Shown: positions 43,849 through 53,417 of the stretch, piece by piece
Layout of the letters: each line of letters opens with the position of its first letter
Position numbering within the stretch: position 1 is the first letter of the stretch
Virus record (IMG/VR): IMGVR_UViG_2920292642_000002
Span: 19,431-83,430 of that record
Reading direction: 5' to 3' (one strand)
Origin: a virus
Taxonomy: Duplodnaviria; Heunggongvirae; Uroviricota; Caudoviricetes
Length of the DNA: 64,000 bases
Notes under the pieces: generated by a model
Database searches by the model: none
Told to the model about the DNA's origin: nothing
Seen by the model: only the letters and a program-made list of their open reading frames with translations
Program-made: the position numbers and the translations under genes

Positions 43849-44593
43849 CTGCACTCAACCTGTTTGGGCCGGGTTTCCCTGTGTGCGCAAGCGCAGTCGC
43901 GCGGTCTCAATAGTGGACGATCTGGGTGCACCGGTCCCAACCCCTTCCTCTCCCTTTAAGCCAAGAGAAGGCGTAGCATTTATGGTTAGCGCCTATGCTT
44001 AATCCTGTCAATCGTATCTTTACACGTTCGGACATCCGTTCTGGACGCGTCGGCTCCTCCTCTCCCCTCGACGAGGCGGTAGCCGGTCGGTCAGACAGGG
44101 CGGTAGTTAGGGATTAGAGTTATTGGCTAATCTAAAATGCTACTGCTTCTCAAGGCTTTTAGGTAGGTTAAGGGGTAAGAGAAATTTAGAGGACCAGAAA
44201 ACTAGAAGCTGAGAAAACCAGAAATCCATCAGTCGATCAGGTTGAGTTCAGAGCGTCTGCACTCAACCCGAGATCAACGGACGGGCACGCCCCTTCTCAC
44301 CGGACAGCCGCCGCGCCGGCCGCACTCGATCCAGCGCAGCACGATCCACTTGATCCAATTCTAAAAGGTTGAGTGCAGACCGGCACCATCCACGCCCAAT
44401 CCCATCCTCTCCAAATCCCTTCTCCCAGCAGGATGAGTGCAGACCGGCACCATCCAAAACTCAGACTTACAAACACCGGGTTGAGTGCAGACGCGCTTCA
44501 CAGCCCGATCGCTTTGTCAAGGTATTATAGTGAGCCACTGTCCAGAATTTCTTGACATTTAGCCTCCAGAAGTCGAGACTCCGCACATTCTCC

Positions 44594-45136
44594 AAAATGC
44601 GTGCGGTGCACATGACTCTGACCCTCAAGCGGCCACGGCCGACCTTTGCGCAAGTCTTCGCGACGACCGCACATCCCGACGTTCTCCATTGGATTTCCAA
44701 AAGCGAAGCGCGCATCGGCCCGGACGCCTATAAGGAGTTCGTCGGCTCGCTCCCCTCCGAGCACACGCAGTTCCTGCACCTGCTCGAAGTGTCACTGCGA
44801 CAGGGTCAGGGCAATCTCGACGGCTTTCGCGTCGCCTCCGATCTCAAATCCTATCTCGATTGGCCGGTCGATTCCGAACTGGTCAAGATCATCGACGACG
44901 CCGTGGACATGACCCAGCGCAAGAACCTGCGGCTGGCGACGATCGCATGGGTGATGGAGACTGGCACCCGCTTCCACGCCAAACCCTCCGAGGAAGTCCA
45001 ATATCGCGGCGAGACCTTTTCCGGCACACGCTCCGGCCGCGTCGTCGAGGTCGACAGGGTGATCGCCTCTGGCACCGTCGCCGATGCCAATGACCAGCGC
45101 TGGACCGTACTCGGCGAAAATCTGGTGGCGGCATGA
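44594..45136 (+). CDS. hypothetical protein (180 aa)
   Basis: ORF 44552..45136 from ATG 44594 preceded by GTCCAGAAT...TTGACA promoter-like region. Confidence 0.45.
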   Translation, partial: KMRAVHMTLTLKRPRPTFAQVFATTAHPDVLHWISKSEARIGPDAYKEFVGSLPSEHTQFLHLLEVSLRQGQGNLDGFRVASDLKSYLDWPVDSELVKIIDDAVDMTQRKNLRLATIAWVMETGTRFHAKPSEEVQYRGETFSGTRSGRVVEVDRVIASGTVADANDQRWTVLGENLVAA

Positions 45137-45699
45137 AGTGGTCGGACAAAACCATCCGGCCGGGACCTGTCTGCGGCATCGATCCGGGCGTCGACGGCGC
45201 ACTCGCCTTTCTCGATGTGACCGACTGGACGATCGAGATCGTCGACGTTCCGAAGATAAAGGTCATCGTCAACGGTAAGCCGCGTCATCACGTCGACCAT
45301 GTCCGCCTCGCCGAGATCATCACGGCGCGCCGGCCGTGGATGATCGTCACCGAGCATCTGTGGTCGCGGCCCGGTCAGGACGCCAAGGGCCTGTTCTCGC
45401 TCGGCCGCTACACCGGACAGGTCGAAATGGCCTCCTCCATGCTCGGCTGTGACCTCCGGCAGGTGACGCCGCAGGAGTGGAAGTCCGACCTCGCCGTCTC
45501 CTCCGACAAGAACCTCAGCCGCGAACGCGCCGCGCAACTGATGCCGTGCCTCGCGCCGACCCTCACCCGCAAGGGCGACCACGATCGCGGCGAGGCCGCG
45601 CTGCTCGCCTTCTGGGGCGCGCTCAAGCTCGGCCGCATGCCCAAGCCGATCCGCCTCATCAACCCACCCGCCCCTCCCAAGAGAAAGAAAGCAGCATGA
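45133..45699 (+). CDS. RuvC-like Holliday-junction resolvase (RNase H fold)
   Basis: N-terminal GIDPGVDGALAFLD motif and acidic residues. Confidence 0.5.
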   Translation: MKWSDKTIRPGPVCGIDPGVDGALAFLDVTDWTIEIVDVPKIKVIVNGKPRHHVDHVRLAEIITARRPWMIVTEHLWSRPGQDAKGLFSLGRYTGQVEMASSMLGCDLRQVTPQEWKSDLAVSSDKNLSRERAAQLMPCLAPTLTRKGDHDRGEAALLAFWGALKLGRMPKPIRLINPPAPPKRKKAA

Positions 45700-46091
45700 A
45701 GAAAATGAACTGGGACGACGAGATGCGTACCCACGTCCCGTCGATGTTCATCACCGAGGATGACGACGACGAGGTCGAGTTGGTCGACACCGGCCGCGTC
45801 GACAAGGACGGCGTCCCGATCATCATCGCGCTCTCTCACAAGCAGGGCTTCGCCGGCTTCCTGCCGCCCGGAATGTACGAGCGTATCCAGCAGGCGAAGG
45901 AGGAGGCCGAGGCCAAGGCTGAGCTTACCGAGATGATCGAGGAGATCGTCACCGTCACGCTGAAGAAGATCGGCATCAAGCTCCCGCCGCCCGCGCCGGG
46001 GCCGGCTCCGGCTGTGATCCCGCGCATCAAGGAGAAGACTGTCAAGGTCTCGAACAAGAAGAAGGGATCGGCCGATGCCCGTCCTGAGTAA
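45696..46091 (+). CDS. hypothetical protein (131 aa)
   Basis: tail of ORF 45477..46091 from ATG 45696. Confidence 0.4.
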   Translation: MKKMNWDDEMRTHVPSMFITEDDDDEVELVDTGRVDKDGVPIIIALSHKQGFAGFLPPGMYERIQQAKEEAEAKAELTEMIEEIVTVTLKKIGIKLPPPAPGPAPAVIPRIKEKTVKVSNKKKGSADARPE

Positions 46092-46566
46092 CCCGAAATG
46101 GGAGGTCTTCGCCACCGGTCTGGCGGACGGCCTCACCGTTCTCGATGCCTATGAGCAGGCCGGCTACCCGCGCTCGGCCTCCTCGGCGTCGCAGTTGAAG
46201 AACCGGCCTGAGCTTCAGTCGCGCGTGCAGGAACTGATCTACGAGAAGCAGAGCGCCGCCCGGCGTGAGTCCGAGAATGATCCCGACATCAACCCGCACG
46301 AACTCAACCGTGCATGGTTGATCACCACGCTGATGAAGAATGTCGAGATCGCCCAGAAGGCGCAGCAGATCGCACCGGCCAACAAGGCGGTCGAGATGCT
46401 GGCCGAGATCATCGGCTACTCGCTCAAGAACCGTGGCGGCAAGAACGCCAACGACGACGACCCCAACAAGGACGGCGAAGCGCCCGGCTTTGATTTCGAC
46501 AAGGCCAATGACGCCATCGGCCGGCTCATGGAAGTGCTGCCGGACGCACCGACCGAGGGTAGCTGA
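46075..46566 (+). CDS. terS: terminase small subunit
   Basis: N-terminal HTH-like region PKWEVFATGLADGLTVLDAYEQAGYP typical of phage small terminase family; immediately upstream of terL. Confidence 0.6.
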   Translation: MPVLSNPKWEVFATGLADGLTVLDAYEQAGYPRSASSASQLKNRPELQSRVQELIYEKQSAARRESENDPDINPHELNRAWLITTLMKNVEIAQKAQQIAPANKAVEMLAEIIGYSLKNRGGKNANDDDPNKDGEAPGFDFDKANDAIGRLMEVLPDAPTEGS

Positions 46567-49379
46567 TGGCCCGTCCCTACCCTTACGCGGATCGGGACCG
46601 GGTCTACGCGTTTCTCAAACAGGCCGAAGAGTTCGCCACTCTGGTCGAGAAGATCGCCGAAGGTCAGGCCGATCACAGTCCCGAGCTTCAGGGCGCGCTC
46701 GCCGCGCTCACCGGAGCCACCGACCTGCATCAGCAGCACAAGGCCGTCCAATACATGCTGGATCGTGCCCGCAAGGAGCACGAGCGCCGGCTGATCGAGG
46801 CCGCGCCGAACGACTTCACCGCCTATGTCGAAGTGATCAATCCGGAGGAGCCGTGCGCCTCGAAGCTGCACCGCTTCCTCGGCGAGACGCTGATGGAGAT
46901 GGAGGCCAATTCCGGCCTCAAGAAGGGCGTCTCGATGCCACCCGGCCACGCCAAGGACATGTGCGTGTCCACGCCTGTGATGTTGGCGGACGGCTCGATG
47001 AAGCCGCTCGGCGAGGTCCAGGTTGGCGACTTCGTCATCACCCACACCGGCAGCGCCCGCGAGGTTCTGGAGGTCCACGATCAGGGCAAGCGCCCGGTCA
47101 TGCGTATGCGCACCCTCTGCGGCCGTGAGCTTTTTCCACATCCCGAGCATCCGTTCCTGACGCCGGCCGGCTGGGTGCAGGCGCAATATCTGAAGCAGGG
47201 TGACGTACTGGCGCAGCAGCGCGAGTTCTCGATTCCCAACGGCTCCGGCCGGTCCCTCTACGATTTCATTCTGGCCGGCTACATGATGGCGGCTGGCATG
47301 GTGCGCGGCCGGCATTACAGCCGCGTCTTCACCGTCGACCGCACCTTCCGCACCGACGATCCCGAGATCATGGCCGATCTCATCGACACGGCCAAGCGAC
47401 TAGGATTCCGCGCGCGGATCGCCAAGAAGGGTAGCTACGGCAAGGAGATCGAGACCGCCCGGTTCGATGAGAAGTTCATCCACTGGCTGCGTGGCCAGCG
47501 CCTGAACGGCCTGCACCGCCATACCATGCGGGTCCCCGACTGGGTGTTCAAGGGTGGGCTGATCGAGATCGCCGCCTTTGTCGGCGCGATCTTCTCGATG
47601 GACGCCAGTCTGGTGCCGACCTCCCACAAGCAGAGCCTGAACGCCCGCAAGATGGTGATCCGGCTGCGCAACGCCGGATTGGTTGGTGACATGCAGCGGC
47701 TGCTCGCCCGCCTCGGCGCGCGCTCGGCACTCGATAAGCATCTGGTCAACAACTACAACTACGAGCCGACCGAGTTCTGGAGCCTGACGGTCTGGGACGC
47801 CGAGGATCAGTATTATCTCCAGCGCTCGATGCGCGTGCGTGGCGTCAACCAGCGCCTGTGGGCCGACCCGATCGTGCCGCGCGCCTTCTTCGACGGACGC
47901 TATGCCACCGACCGCATCATCGCGATCGACTATGACTGGGACGTGCGGGAGACCAAGTGCCTGACCGTCGACGAGGACCATTCCTTCCTCGCTGATGGCG
48001 TGGTGGTGCACAACTCCACCTATTGCTCGCGCCTGTTTCCGTCGTGGTGGATGGGCAAGCGCGAGAACAAGCGCTGGCTTCAGGCCGGCCACACCCAGCG
48101 TTTTGCCGAGAAGGAGTTTGGCAAGAAGACCCGCGACAACATCCTCGCCACGGCAGCCTATCAGAAGGTGTTTCCGGGCGTCGGGGTCAGCACCGCCTCG
48201 CAGGACGAGATCATCCTGACCAATGGCTGCGCCTACAACGTCAAGGGCGTCGGACAGGGCATCTCGGGTTACCGCTCGCACTTCAACAACGTCGACGACC
48301 CATACGCGACCCATGAGGACGCGATGAGCCCGACCATCCGCGAGAAGGTCTGGAACTGGTGGGCGAACGACTTCAGGACCCGTCGCCTGCCGGGCGCGGG
48401 CGAACTGATCATCGTGACGCGCTGGCACACCGACGACGTGGTCGGCCGTCTGGAGGAGATGATCAAGAAAGGCGAAATAGAACCATGGGAGTTTATTAAT
48501 CTACCCGCGTTTGCGGTAGAAGAAAACGATGTATTAAATCGCAAAATTGGTGACGTTTTGTGGCCGGAAGTATTCAAAAAAGAATTTCTTCTGGACATAA
48601 AAGGCACCAGTACGGAAGAAAACTGGTCCGCCCTGTACCAGTGTGCGCCAGTGTTGGAAAAGGGCAACATCCTCCAGCGTAACTGGATTAAATACTATAA
48701 ACAACTGCCGCAGCGTAGTATTCGCCCGGCTGGTACTGTGCAGGCCGTGAACCGGGCTCCCGTGGCCGATCCGCGCCTCGTACGGGTGGACCCTTTGAAA
48801 TTCAAAATCGGGGCCGAGGGACCCTCGGAATCGAAACCGGGGCCGGCCGATTCTGGAAATCAAAATTCGGTTTTTGCAATTCGAACCGTGGTTTCCGTCG
48901 ACACCGCCGAAACGGATTCGGCAAGGGCCGACCGCTCGGCGCTTCAGGTCTGGATTTATGGATCGGACCGCAACCACTATCTGGCGCATGCCTCGGTCGG
49001 CAAGTATCTGTTCCCCGACCTCGTCGAGGCGATCGAGACGACGGCGCTGGCATGGGGAGCCGATCTCGTGCTGATCGAGACCAAGGGCGCGGGTCTGCAA
49101 TACATTCAGGCGCGCACCGGCCACTCGCAGACGCCGATCATCGGTTTCAACCCGAAGAACATCGAGAAGTCGATGCGCTTTGACGGCACCATGGTGATGT
49201 GGCAGACCGGCACCGTGCTGCTGCCGGAGAAAGGGACATGGCTGGCCGACTATGTCGACGAGCTTCTGAAGTTCCCGTCTGGGCGTTACGACGACCAAGT
49301 CGACGCGACCAGCCAGTATTTGCACTGGCACCGGATCGACGGCGGCTGGGATCGCGGCATGAAGAAGATCAAGGGCTGA
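46566..49379 (+). CDS. terL: terminase large subunit interrupted by a 351-aa LAGLIDADG intein
   Basis: N-extein ...MPPGHAKDM | CVSTPVMLADG...VVVHN | STYCS...; C-terminal nuclease/ATPase region typical of TerL. Confidence 0.8.
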   Translation: MARPYPYADRDRVYAFLKQAEEFATLVEKIAEGQADHSPELQGALAALTGATDLHQQHKAVQYMLDRARKEHERRLIEAAPNDFTAYVEVINPEEPCASKLHRFLGETLMEMEANSGLKKGVSMPPGHAKDMCVSTPVMLADGSMKPLGEVQVGDFVITHTGSAREVLEVHDQGKRPVMRMRTLCGRELFPHPEHPFLTPAGWVQAQYLKQGDVLAQQREFSIPNGSGRSLYDFILAGYMMAAGMVRGRHYSRVFTVDRTFRTDDPEIMADLIDTAKRLGFRARIAKKGSYGKEIETARFDEKFIHWLRGQRLNGLHRHTMRVPDWVFKGGLIEIAAFVGAIFSMDASLVPTSHKQSLNARKMVIRLRNAGLVGDMQRLLARLGARSALDKHLVNNYNYEPTEFWSLTVWDAEDQYYLQRSMRVRGVNQRLWADPIVPRAFFDGRYATDRIIAIDYDWDVRETKCLTVDEDHSFLADGVVVHNSTYCSRLFPSWWMGKRENKRWLQAGHTQRFAEKEFGKKTRDNILATAAYQKVFPGVGVSTASQDEIILTNGCAYNVKGVGQGISGYRSHFNNVDDPYATHEDAMSPTIREKVWNWWANDFRTRRLPGAGELIIVTRWHTDDVVGRLEEMIKKGEIEPWEFINLPAFAVEENDVLNRKIGDVLWPEVFKKEFLLDIKGTSTEENWSALYQCAPVLEKGNILQRNWIKYYKQLPQRSIRPAGTVQAVNRAPVADPRLVRVDPLKFKIGAEGPSESKPGPADSGNQNSVFAIRTVVSVDTAETDSARADRSALQVWIYGSDRNHYLAHASVGKYLFPDLVEAIETTALAWGADLVLIETKGAGLQYIQARTGHSQTPIIGFNPKNIEKSMRFDGTMVMWQTGTVLLPEKGTWLADYVDELLKFPSGRYDDQVDATSQYLHWHRIDGGWDRGMKKIKG
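46962..48014 (+). other. intein with double LAGLIDADG homing-endonuclease domain inside terL
   Basis: block A CVSTPVMLADG, block B HPEHPFLT, LAGLIDADG-like LYDFILAGYMMAAGMV and LIEIAAFVGAIFSMDASL, block G VVVHN + Ser. Confidence 0.75.
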
Positions 49380-49688
49380 GCGGCGTTAACCTTACCTGCA
49401 CAAGGTTAACGCCCGCGCCCGGCTCTGCACTCAACCCAGTTTCCCTAATGATTTCAAGGCTTTACGCCGGACTCCTACCAACTCCTAGAATGTACGAATT
49501 AGGAGTTGGGGAAAATTTGGATGATCATGGCCTCCAGATTTTGGATGAGCATGGTTTTGCATGAGGTCTGGCATGAGCATGGTCGAATTTTTGGATGGGG
49601 GAGAATTGGAACACGCGCCTGCGCGAGCGCGCGCCCGGATCGCTCAGATTTTCGGAAAACTTGAGTAAAATTTGAAACAAGCCCGCCG

Positions 49689-49845
49689 TTAACCATGCTC
49701 AGGTAAGGTTAACGCGCCTTGTTAACCATTCTCAGGTAAGGTTAACGGCCGGCGTTAACCATGCGGGAGTAAGGTTAACGCCGACCGCCTCCACCCAGCC
49801 CGCCTCGTTAACCCTACCCGAGTAAGGTTAACAACGCCAGCCCCG
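49689..49845. promoter_or_regulatory. cluster of four tandem GTTAACC-N10-GGTTAAC palindromes plus a half-site (operator-like array)
   Basis: perfect 7-bp inverted repeats with 10-bp spacer repeated at 49692, 49727, 49762, 49812; same element precedes every downstream cassette. Confidence 0.55.
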
Positions 49846-49927
49846 GCGTTAACCTTGCTGGCGATCGCCACTTGCATTTCGTGCGCAATGCATTATTCTG
49901 TATCAGTCAACGCAACAGGAAAGAAAA

Positions 49928-50149
49928 ATGAGCAAGGAACCTCCCTTCCTCGACTGGGACGCGATCGAGACCGAGATCGCCGACACCAATCGCAAGGCGT
50001 GGGACGCCGAAAACACCCCGGAGAAGATCGCGGCGCGCAAGGCCAAGTCTGAAGCCGAGTTCGAGCGCGGAGTCCGTAACGGCTGGTGGGACAAGGACGG
50101 CAATTCCCTCCAGCCCGAGGAGCCGGACGAGGAGGAGGACGAGGAATAA
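49928..50149 (+). CDS. cassette small protein (73 aa, acidic C-terminus)
   Basis: preceded by TTGCAT...TATTCTGTATCAGTCAACGCAACAGGAAAG leader. Confidence 0.5.
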   Translation: MSKEPPFLDWDAIETEIADTNRKAWDAENTPEKIAARKAKSEAEFERGVRNGWWDKDGNSLQPEEPDEEEDEE

Positions 50150-50286
50150 GACGCCGGCCGTTAACCATTCCGGGGTAAGGTTAACGCGTGCCGGCCGCGC
50201 CCGGCGTTAACCTTGCTGTCCAGATTCGCTTTACAAATCCGGAGGCGTCGCCTAAGGTGCTCTGGTCAACGCAACCGGAGGACCCC

Positions 50287-50613
50287 ATGAGCAAGCGATC
50301 CGACAAGGCAGCGGCCAAGCTGTTCCACCAACTGTTTCCCGGCGTCGGCTGGGATTACACCGACCACAAGGCCAAGCCGCTGCTGCGCGCCGCGTTCGCC
50401 CTTTACGAATCGGAGTGGAAGACCACCCAGCCTCAGGCGTTCAGGATTGAGCGCTGGGAGTGGCCGGCTAAGGCGTTCAAGAGCGACGATCCATATGTTT
50501 TCGACGCGCATGAGCCGTGGACGGTGCTTTTCCGCGAGGTCAAGATGCTGCACGACGCTCACCGCGAGACAAGCGGATACCCGCGCACGCTGGCGGACCG
50601 GATGCCCCGGTGA
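50287..50613 (+). CDS. cassette small protein (108 aa)
   Basis: promoter TTTACA-N17-TAAGGT and leader GTCAACGCAACCGGAGG upstream. Confidence 0.5.
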   Translation: MSKRSDKAAAKLFHQLFPGVGWDYTDHKAKPLLRAAFALYESEWKTTQPQAFRIERWEWPAKAFKSDDPYVFDAHEPWTVLFREVKMLHDAHRETSGYPRTLADRMPR

Positions 50614-50726
50614 TGACCTACGAAATCACCACGGCGCTTACCTTCCTGCTGATCCTCAAAGTGCCGCTGCTGCTCTGGATCGTCCAGTTCACGATGGACG
50701 TGGACTCCGGTCGCATCAAGCTCTGA
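50613..50726 (+). CDS. hydrophobic micro-protein (37 aa, MTYEITTALTFLLILKVPLLLWIVQF...)
   Basis: TGATG coupled to previous ORF; terminator follows. Confidence 0.4.
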   Translation: MTYEITTALTFLLILKVPLLLWIVQFTMDVDSGRIKL

Positions 50727-50907
50727 AACGTCGAGGCCGGGCCAAGCGCCCGGCCTTTTTCGTGCCGGCCGGCGTTAACCATACCCGAGTAAGGTTAACG
50801 GCGAGCGCGCCGGCTGCTCCGAGGCATTAACCTTGCTGTCCAGAATCGCTTTACAAAAGCGGAGGTATGGCCTAAGGTCCTCTGGTCAACGCAACGGAGA
50901 GACCGAC

Positions 50908-51168
50908 ATGTTCAAAATGGAGTTCAGGACCGACAACGCCGCTTTCGTCGACGATCAGGCCGGCGAGATCGACCGGATTTTCCGCGAGGTCGCCGAGCGC
51001 GTCGCGGCGGCGGAAAAGGGCGGCACGATCCGCGATAGCAACGGCAACCGAGTCGGCCGCTGGGAACTGGAGGCCGAAGACGAAGAGGAGGAAAACCCCT
51101 TCGATCCCGAGAGCCCGGAGGGTCGCGCGTGGGAGCGCGGCGACCGTCACCTTGTGGGAGGCAACTGA
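50908..51168 (+). CDS. cassette small protein (86 aa)
   Basis: leader GTCAACGCAACGGAGAG. Confidence 0.5.
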   Translation: MFKMEFRTDNAAFVDDQAGEIDRIFREVAERVAAAEKGGTIRDSNGNRVGRWELEAEDEEEENPFDPESPEGRAWERGDRHLVGGN

Positions 51169-51404
51169 TGACCAAGCGAGAGAAGCGCCGTTTCATCCGC
51201 GAACTGATCAGCGCTGTCCAGAAGTCAATTCTGGATCGTGTCCCAGACATGCCGGAGGAGTGGGACGGTCACGAACTGCGCGCCTATATCGCCGAGAAGT
51301 TCGGCGAAACCGTTGTGACGGTCGGCAGGACCGGGCACTATGGCAAGCCCTACGCCAAGCGGACCCGTGACTATCGCAACACCGTTATCGAGCGCAACCT
51401 ATGA
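51168..51404 (+). CDS. cassette small protein (78 aa)
   Basis: coupled to previous. Confidence 0.45.
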   Translation: MTKREKRRFIRELISAVQKSILDRVPDMPEEWDGHELRAYIAEKFGETVVTVGRTGHYGKPYAKRTRDYRNTVIERNL

Positions 51405-51532
51405 CCCTATTCGTGGAAGGCTACGAGGCCGCGAGACGTGGCGTCAAATGGTGGCGCAATCCCTATCCCTCAGGCTCTGAGGACGCCTACACATGGGACA
51501 AGGGACACACGAGGTTCCGCACCATCGGCTGA
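51401..51532 (+). CDS. small protein (43 aa)
   Basis: ATGA coupling; manual translation. Confidence 0.35.
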   Translation: MTLFVEGYEAARRGVKWWRNPYPSGSEDAYTWDKGHTRFRTIG

Positions 51533-51843
51533 TGCTGCACCGCACAACACGATAAATCAGGAGGTCGGGCCGCGTGCCCGGCCTCTTTTGCATTGCGGTA
51601 AGAGATTGATCTGCAAGGCTGATCTGGTCCAACTCCGAAAAGGTGGAAAAGCGGAGATGTCCGAAATCTGCGGCAAAGTTCGGACCGGCCGGGCCTTAAC
51701 CCTACCCGGTCAAGGTTAACCCGTCGACAGGCTCAGGACGCCCGGCCGCGCCACCTGCCGGCGTTAACCATGGCCGAAATCTCCGCTTGCAAATCATGCG
51801 GGATGCACTATTCTGATCCTGTCAACGCAACGGAGTTTTCGAC

Positions 51844-52077
51844 ATGGCAGTGCATTCCCTCGACACCTTCGGCCAGCCGGACGGCTCGACCCAGATCAAG
51901 GATCGGACCGGCGCACTGGTCGCCACCCTCGACTGGGACGGAGAGGCCAGCGCATGGAAGGTCACCCCGGACAACGACCCGATCGGCTTCCCGCGCCCGG
52001 CACACTTCGCCAGCCGCGTCGCGGCCGAGTTCTGGGTGCTGGCCTACGCCAACGAACTGGAGGCGACCGGGCATTGA
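51844..52077 (+). CDS. cassette small protein (77 aa)
   Basis: leader GTCAACGCAACGGAG. Confidence 0.5.
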   Translation: MAVHSLDTFGQPDGSTQIKDRTGALVATLDWDGEASAWKVTPDNDPIGFPRPAHFASRVAAEFWVLAYANELEATGH

Positions 52078-52149
52078 GCCCGGTCTTTTCCTTGCCCGGC
52101 CGGCGTTAACCCTACCCGAGTAAGGTAAACGCGGCCGGCTGCGGCGTTA

Positions 52150-52225
52150 ACCTTGCTGTCCAGATTAGCTTTACAAGAGCGGAGACCACACCTATGATGC
52201 TCTGGTCAACGCAACGGAGGACGTA
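52150..52225 (+). promoter_or_regulatory. representative cassette promoter and leader: GTTAACCTTGCTGTCCAGATT - TTTACA - N17 - TATGAT - GCTCTG - GTCAACGCAACGGAGG - ATG
   Basis: -35 TTTACA at 52170-52175, -10 TATGAT at 52193-52198, SD GGAGG 7 nt before ATG 52226. Confidence 0.55.
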
Positions 52226-52477
52226 ATGACTAAAGGCCCTATCATCCATGCACCTGTCGTGGTGCGCGAAGCATTCCGCATCGGCGATGAGATCATCGAC
52301 GCCAACCCGATCAGCGGTTTCCATTTCTCCGTCGAGACGATCGGCGGCAAGGTCTACACCGGATGCCCGGAAGAGTACGCCGACAACGGCGTTCTAATTC
52401 TCGACTGCGTTGGCGGCACGCCGACGCCGATCATCGACGTTGCCAAGATCGCCGCCATCACCGTGGTTGAGGTCTGA
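52226..52477 (+). CDS. cassette small protein (83 aa)
   Basis: ORF track. Confidence 0.5.
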   Translation: MTKGPIIHAPVVVREAFRIGDEIIDANPISGFHFSVETIGGKVYTGCPEEYADNGVLILDCVGGTPTPIIDVAKIAAITVVEV

Positions 52478-52480
52478 ACT

Positions 52481-52696
52481 ATGACGCACTATCCCCTTAC
52501 CCACGTCGACGGGAGCGCCGACAAGCGCTACTCGATCGCCAAGGAGTTTTGCGGCCACGCCGATCGCCGCTGGGTGCTCCGCTTCTGCGGCGAGTTCGTC
52601 AAGTCGTCGATCAGCTTTGCCAGCGTCGCCATCCGCGCCGCTGGTCACCGCTCGGCACTCAACGGCCAAGTGATATTTGAGGAGGTCCGGGCATGA
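52481..52696 (+). CDS. cassette small protein (71 aa)
   Basis: ORF track. Confidence 0.45.
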   Translation: MTHYPLTHVDGSADKRYSIAKEFCGHADRRWVLRFCGEFVKSSISFASVAIRAAGHRSALNGQVIFEEVRA

Positions 52697-52887
52697 AGAC
52701 CCAACTGCAACATTTTTGGGAAGCGCATCGCCGCATCGCCGATCTCAATGAAGCGATGCTCGATGCACTCTTCGGACCCAACCCGATCACCGACGCCGAG
52801 CTTCGCGCCTTGATCGAGAAGCGGCCGGAGCGTTACGGCCGCTTTGCCGGCTATCTCGGCACCCGTCAGATGGAGCAGGCCGCGTGA
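52693..52887 (+). CDS. cassette small protein (64 aa)
   Basis: ORF track. Confidence 0.45.
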   Translation: MKTQLQHFWEAHRRIADLNEAMLDALFGPNPITDAELRALIEKRPERYGRFAGYLGTRQMEQAA

Positions 52888-53023
52888 GCGGCCTTTTCCT
52901 TGCCCGGCCGGCGTTAACCTAACCGAGATAAGGTTAACGCGGCGGCGCGGCCGTTAACCTTGCTGTCCAGATTTGCTTTACAGTCTCCCCGGCTCTGCTA
53001 TGGTGTTCTGGTCAACGCAACGG

Positions 53024-53274
53024 AGAGACTCATGTACGTGATCCGCACCCACACTGTCGAACTGGCCGACAAGCGCTTCCTGTCCAGCGACACGCTGACG
53101 GAGATGACGGCGAAGGAACTGCGTACCGCCGAGGCCGAGAACCGGTCCGGCATCGAATACAACATCGTCACCGCCGAGATGGCGCGCCGCTATGTCAAGC
53201 AAGGCATGGTCCATGAAACGGGACTCTGGGTCGACATGGACGGTAAGGTCCGATACGCCAAGGCCGGGGAGTGA
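53024..53274 (+). CDS. cassette small protein (83 aa)
   Basis: internal ATG of ORF 52960..53274 after leader. Confidence 0.5.
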
Positions 53275-53417
53275 TCCCGGCCAACCCTTCACGCGCGTTA
53301 ACCATTCCAAGGTAAGGTTAACGGCCGCTCCGGCGTTAACCTTGCTGTCCAGAATCACTTGCATCTGGCGCAATCTCCGCTATTGTGAGACTGTCAACGC
53401 AACAAAGGAGATCGCTG

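Noticed and set aside
49384-49412. GTTAACC-N10-GGTTAAC hairpins as intrinsic terminators
   Set aside because: No downstream U-tract. True terminators (GGCCGCG-NAA-GCGGCC plus T-run) occur separately just upstream of each palindrome.
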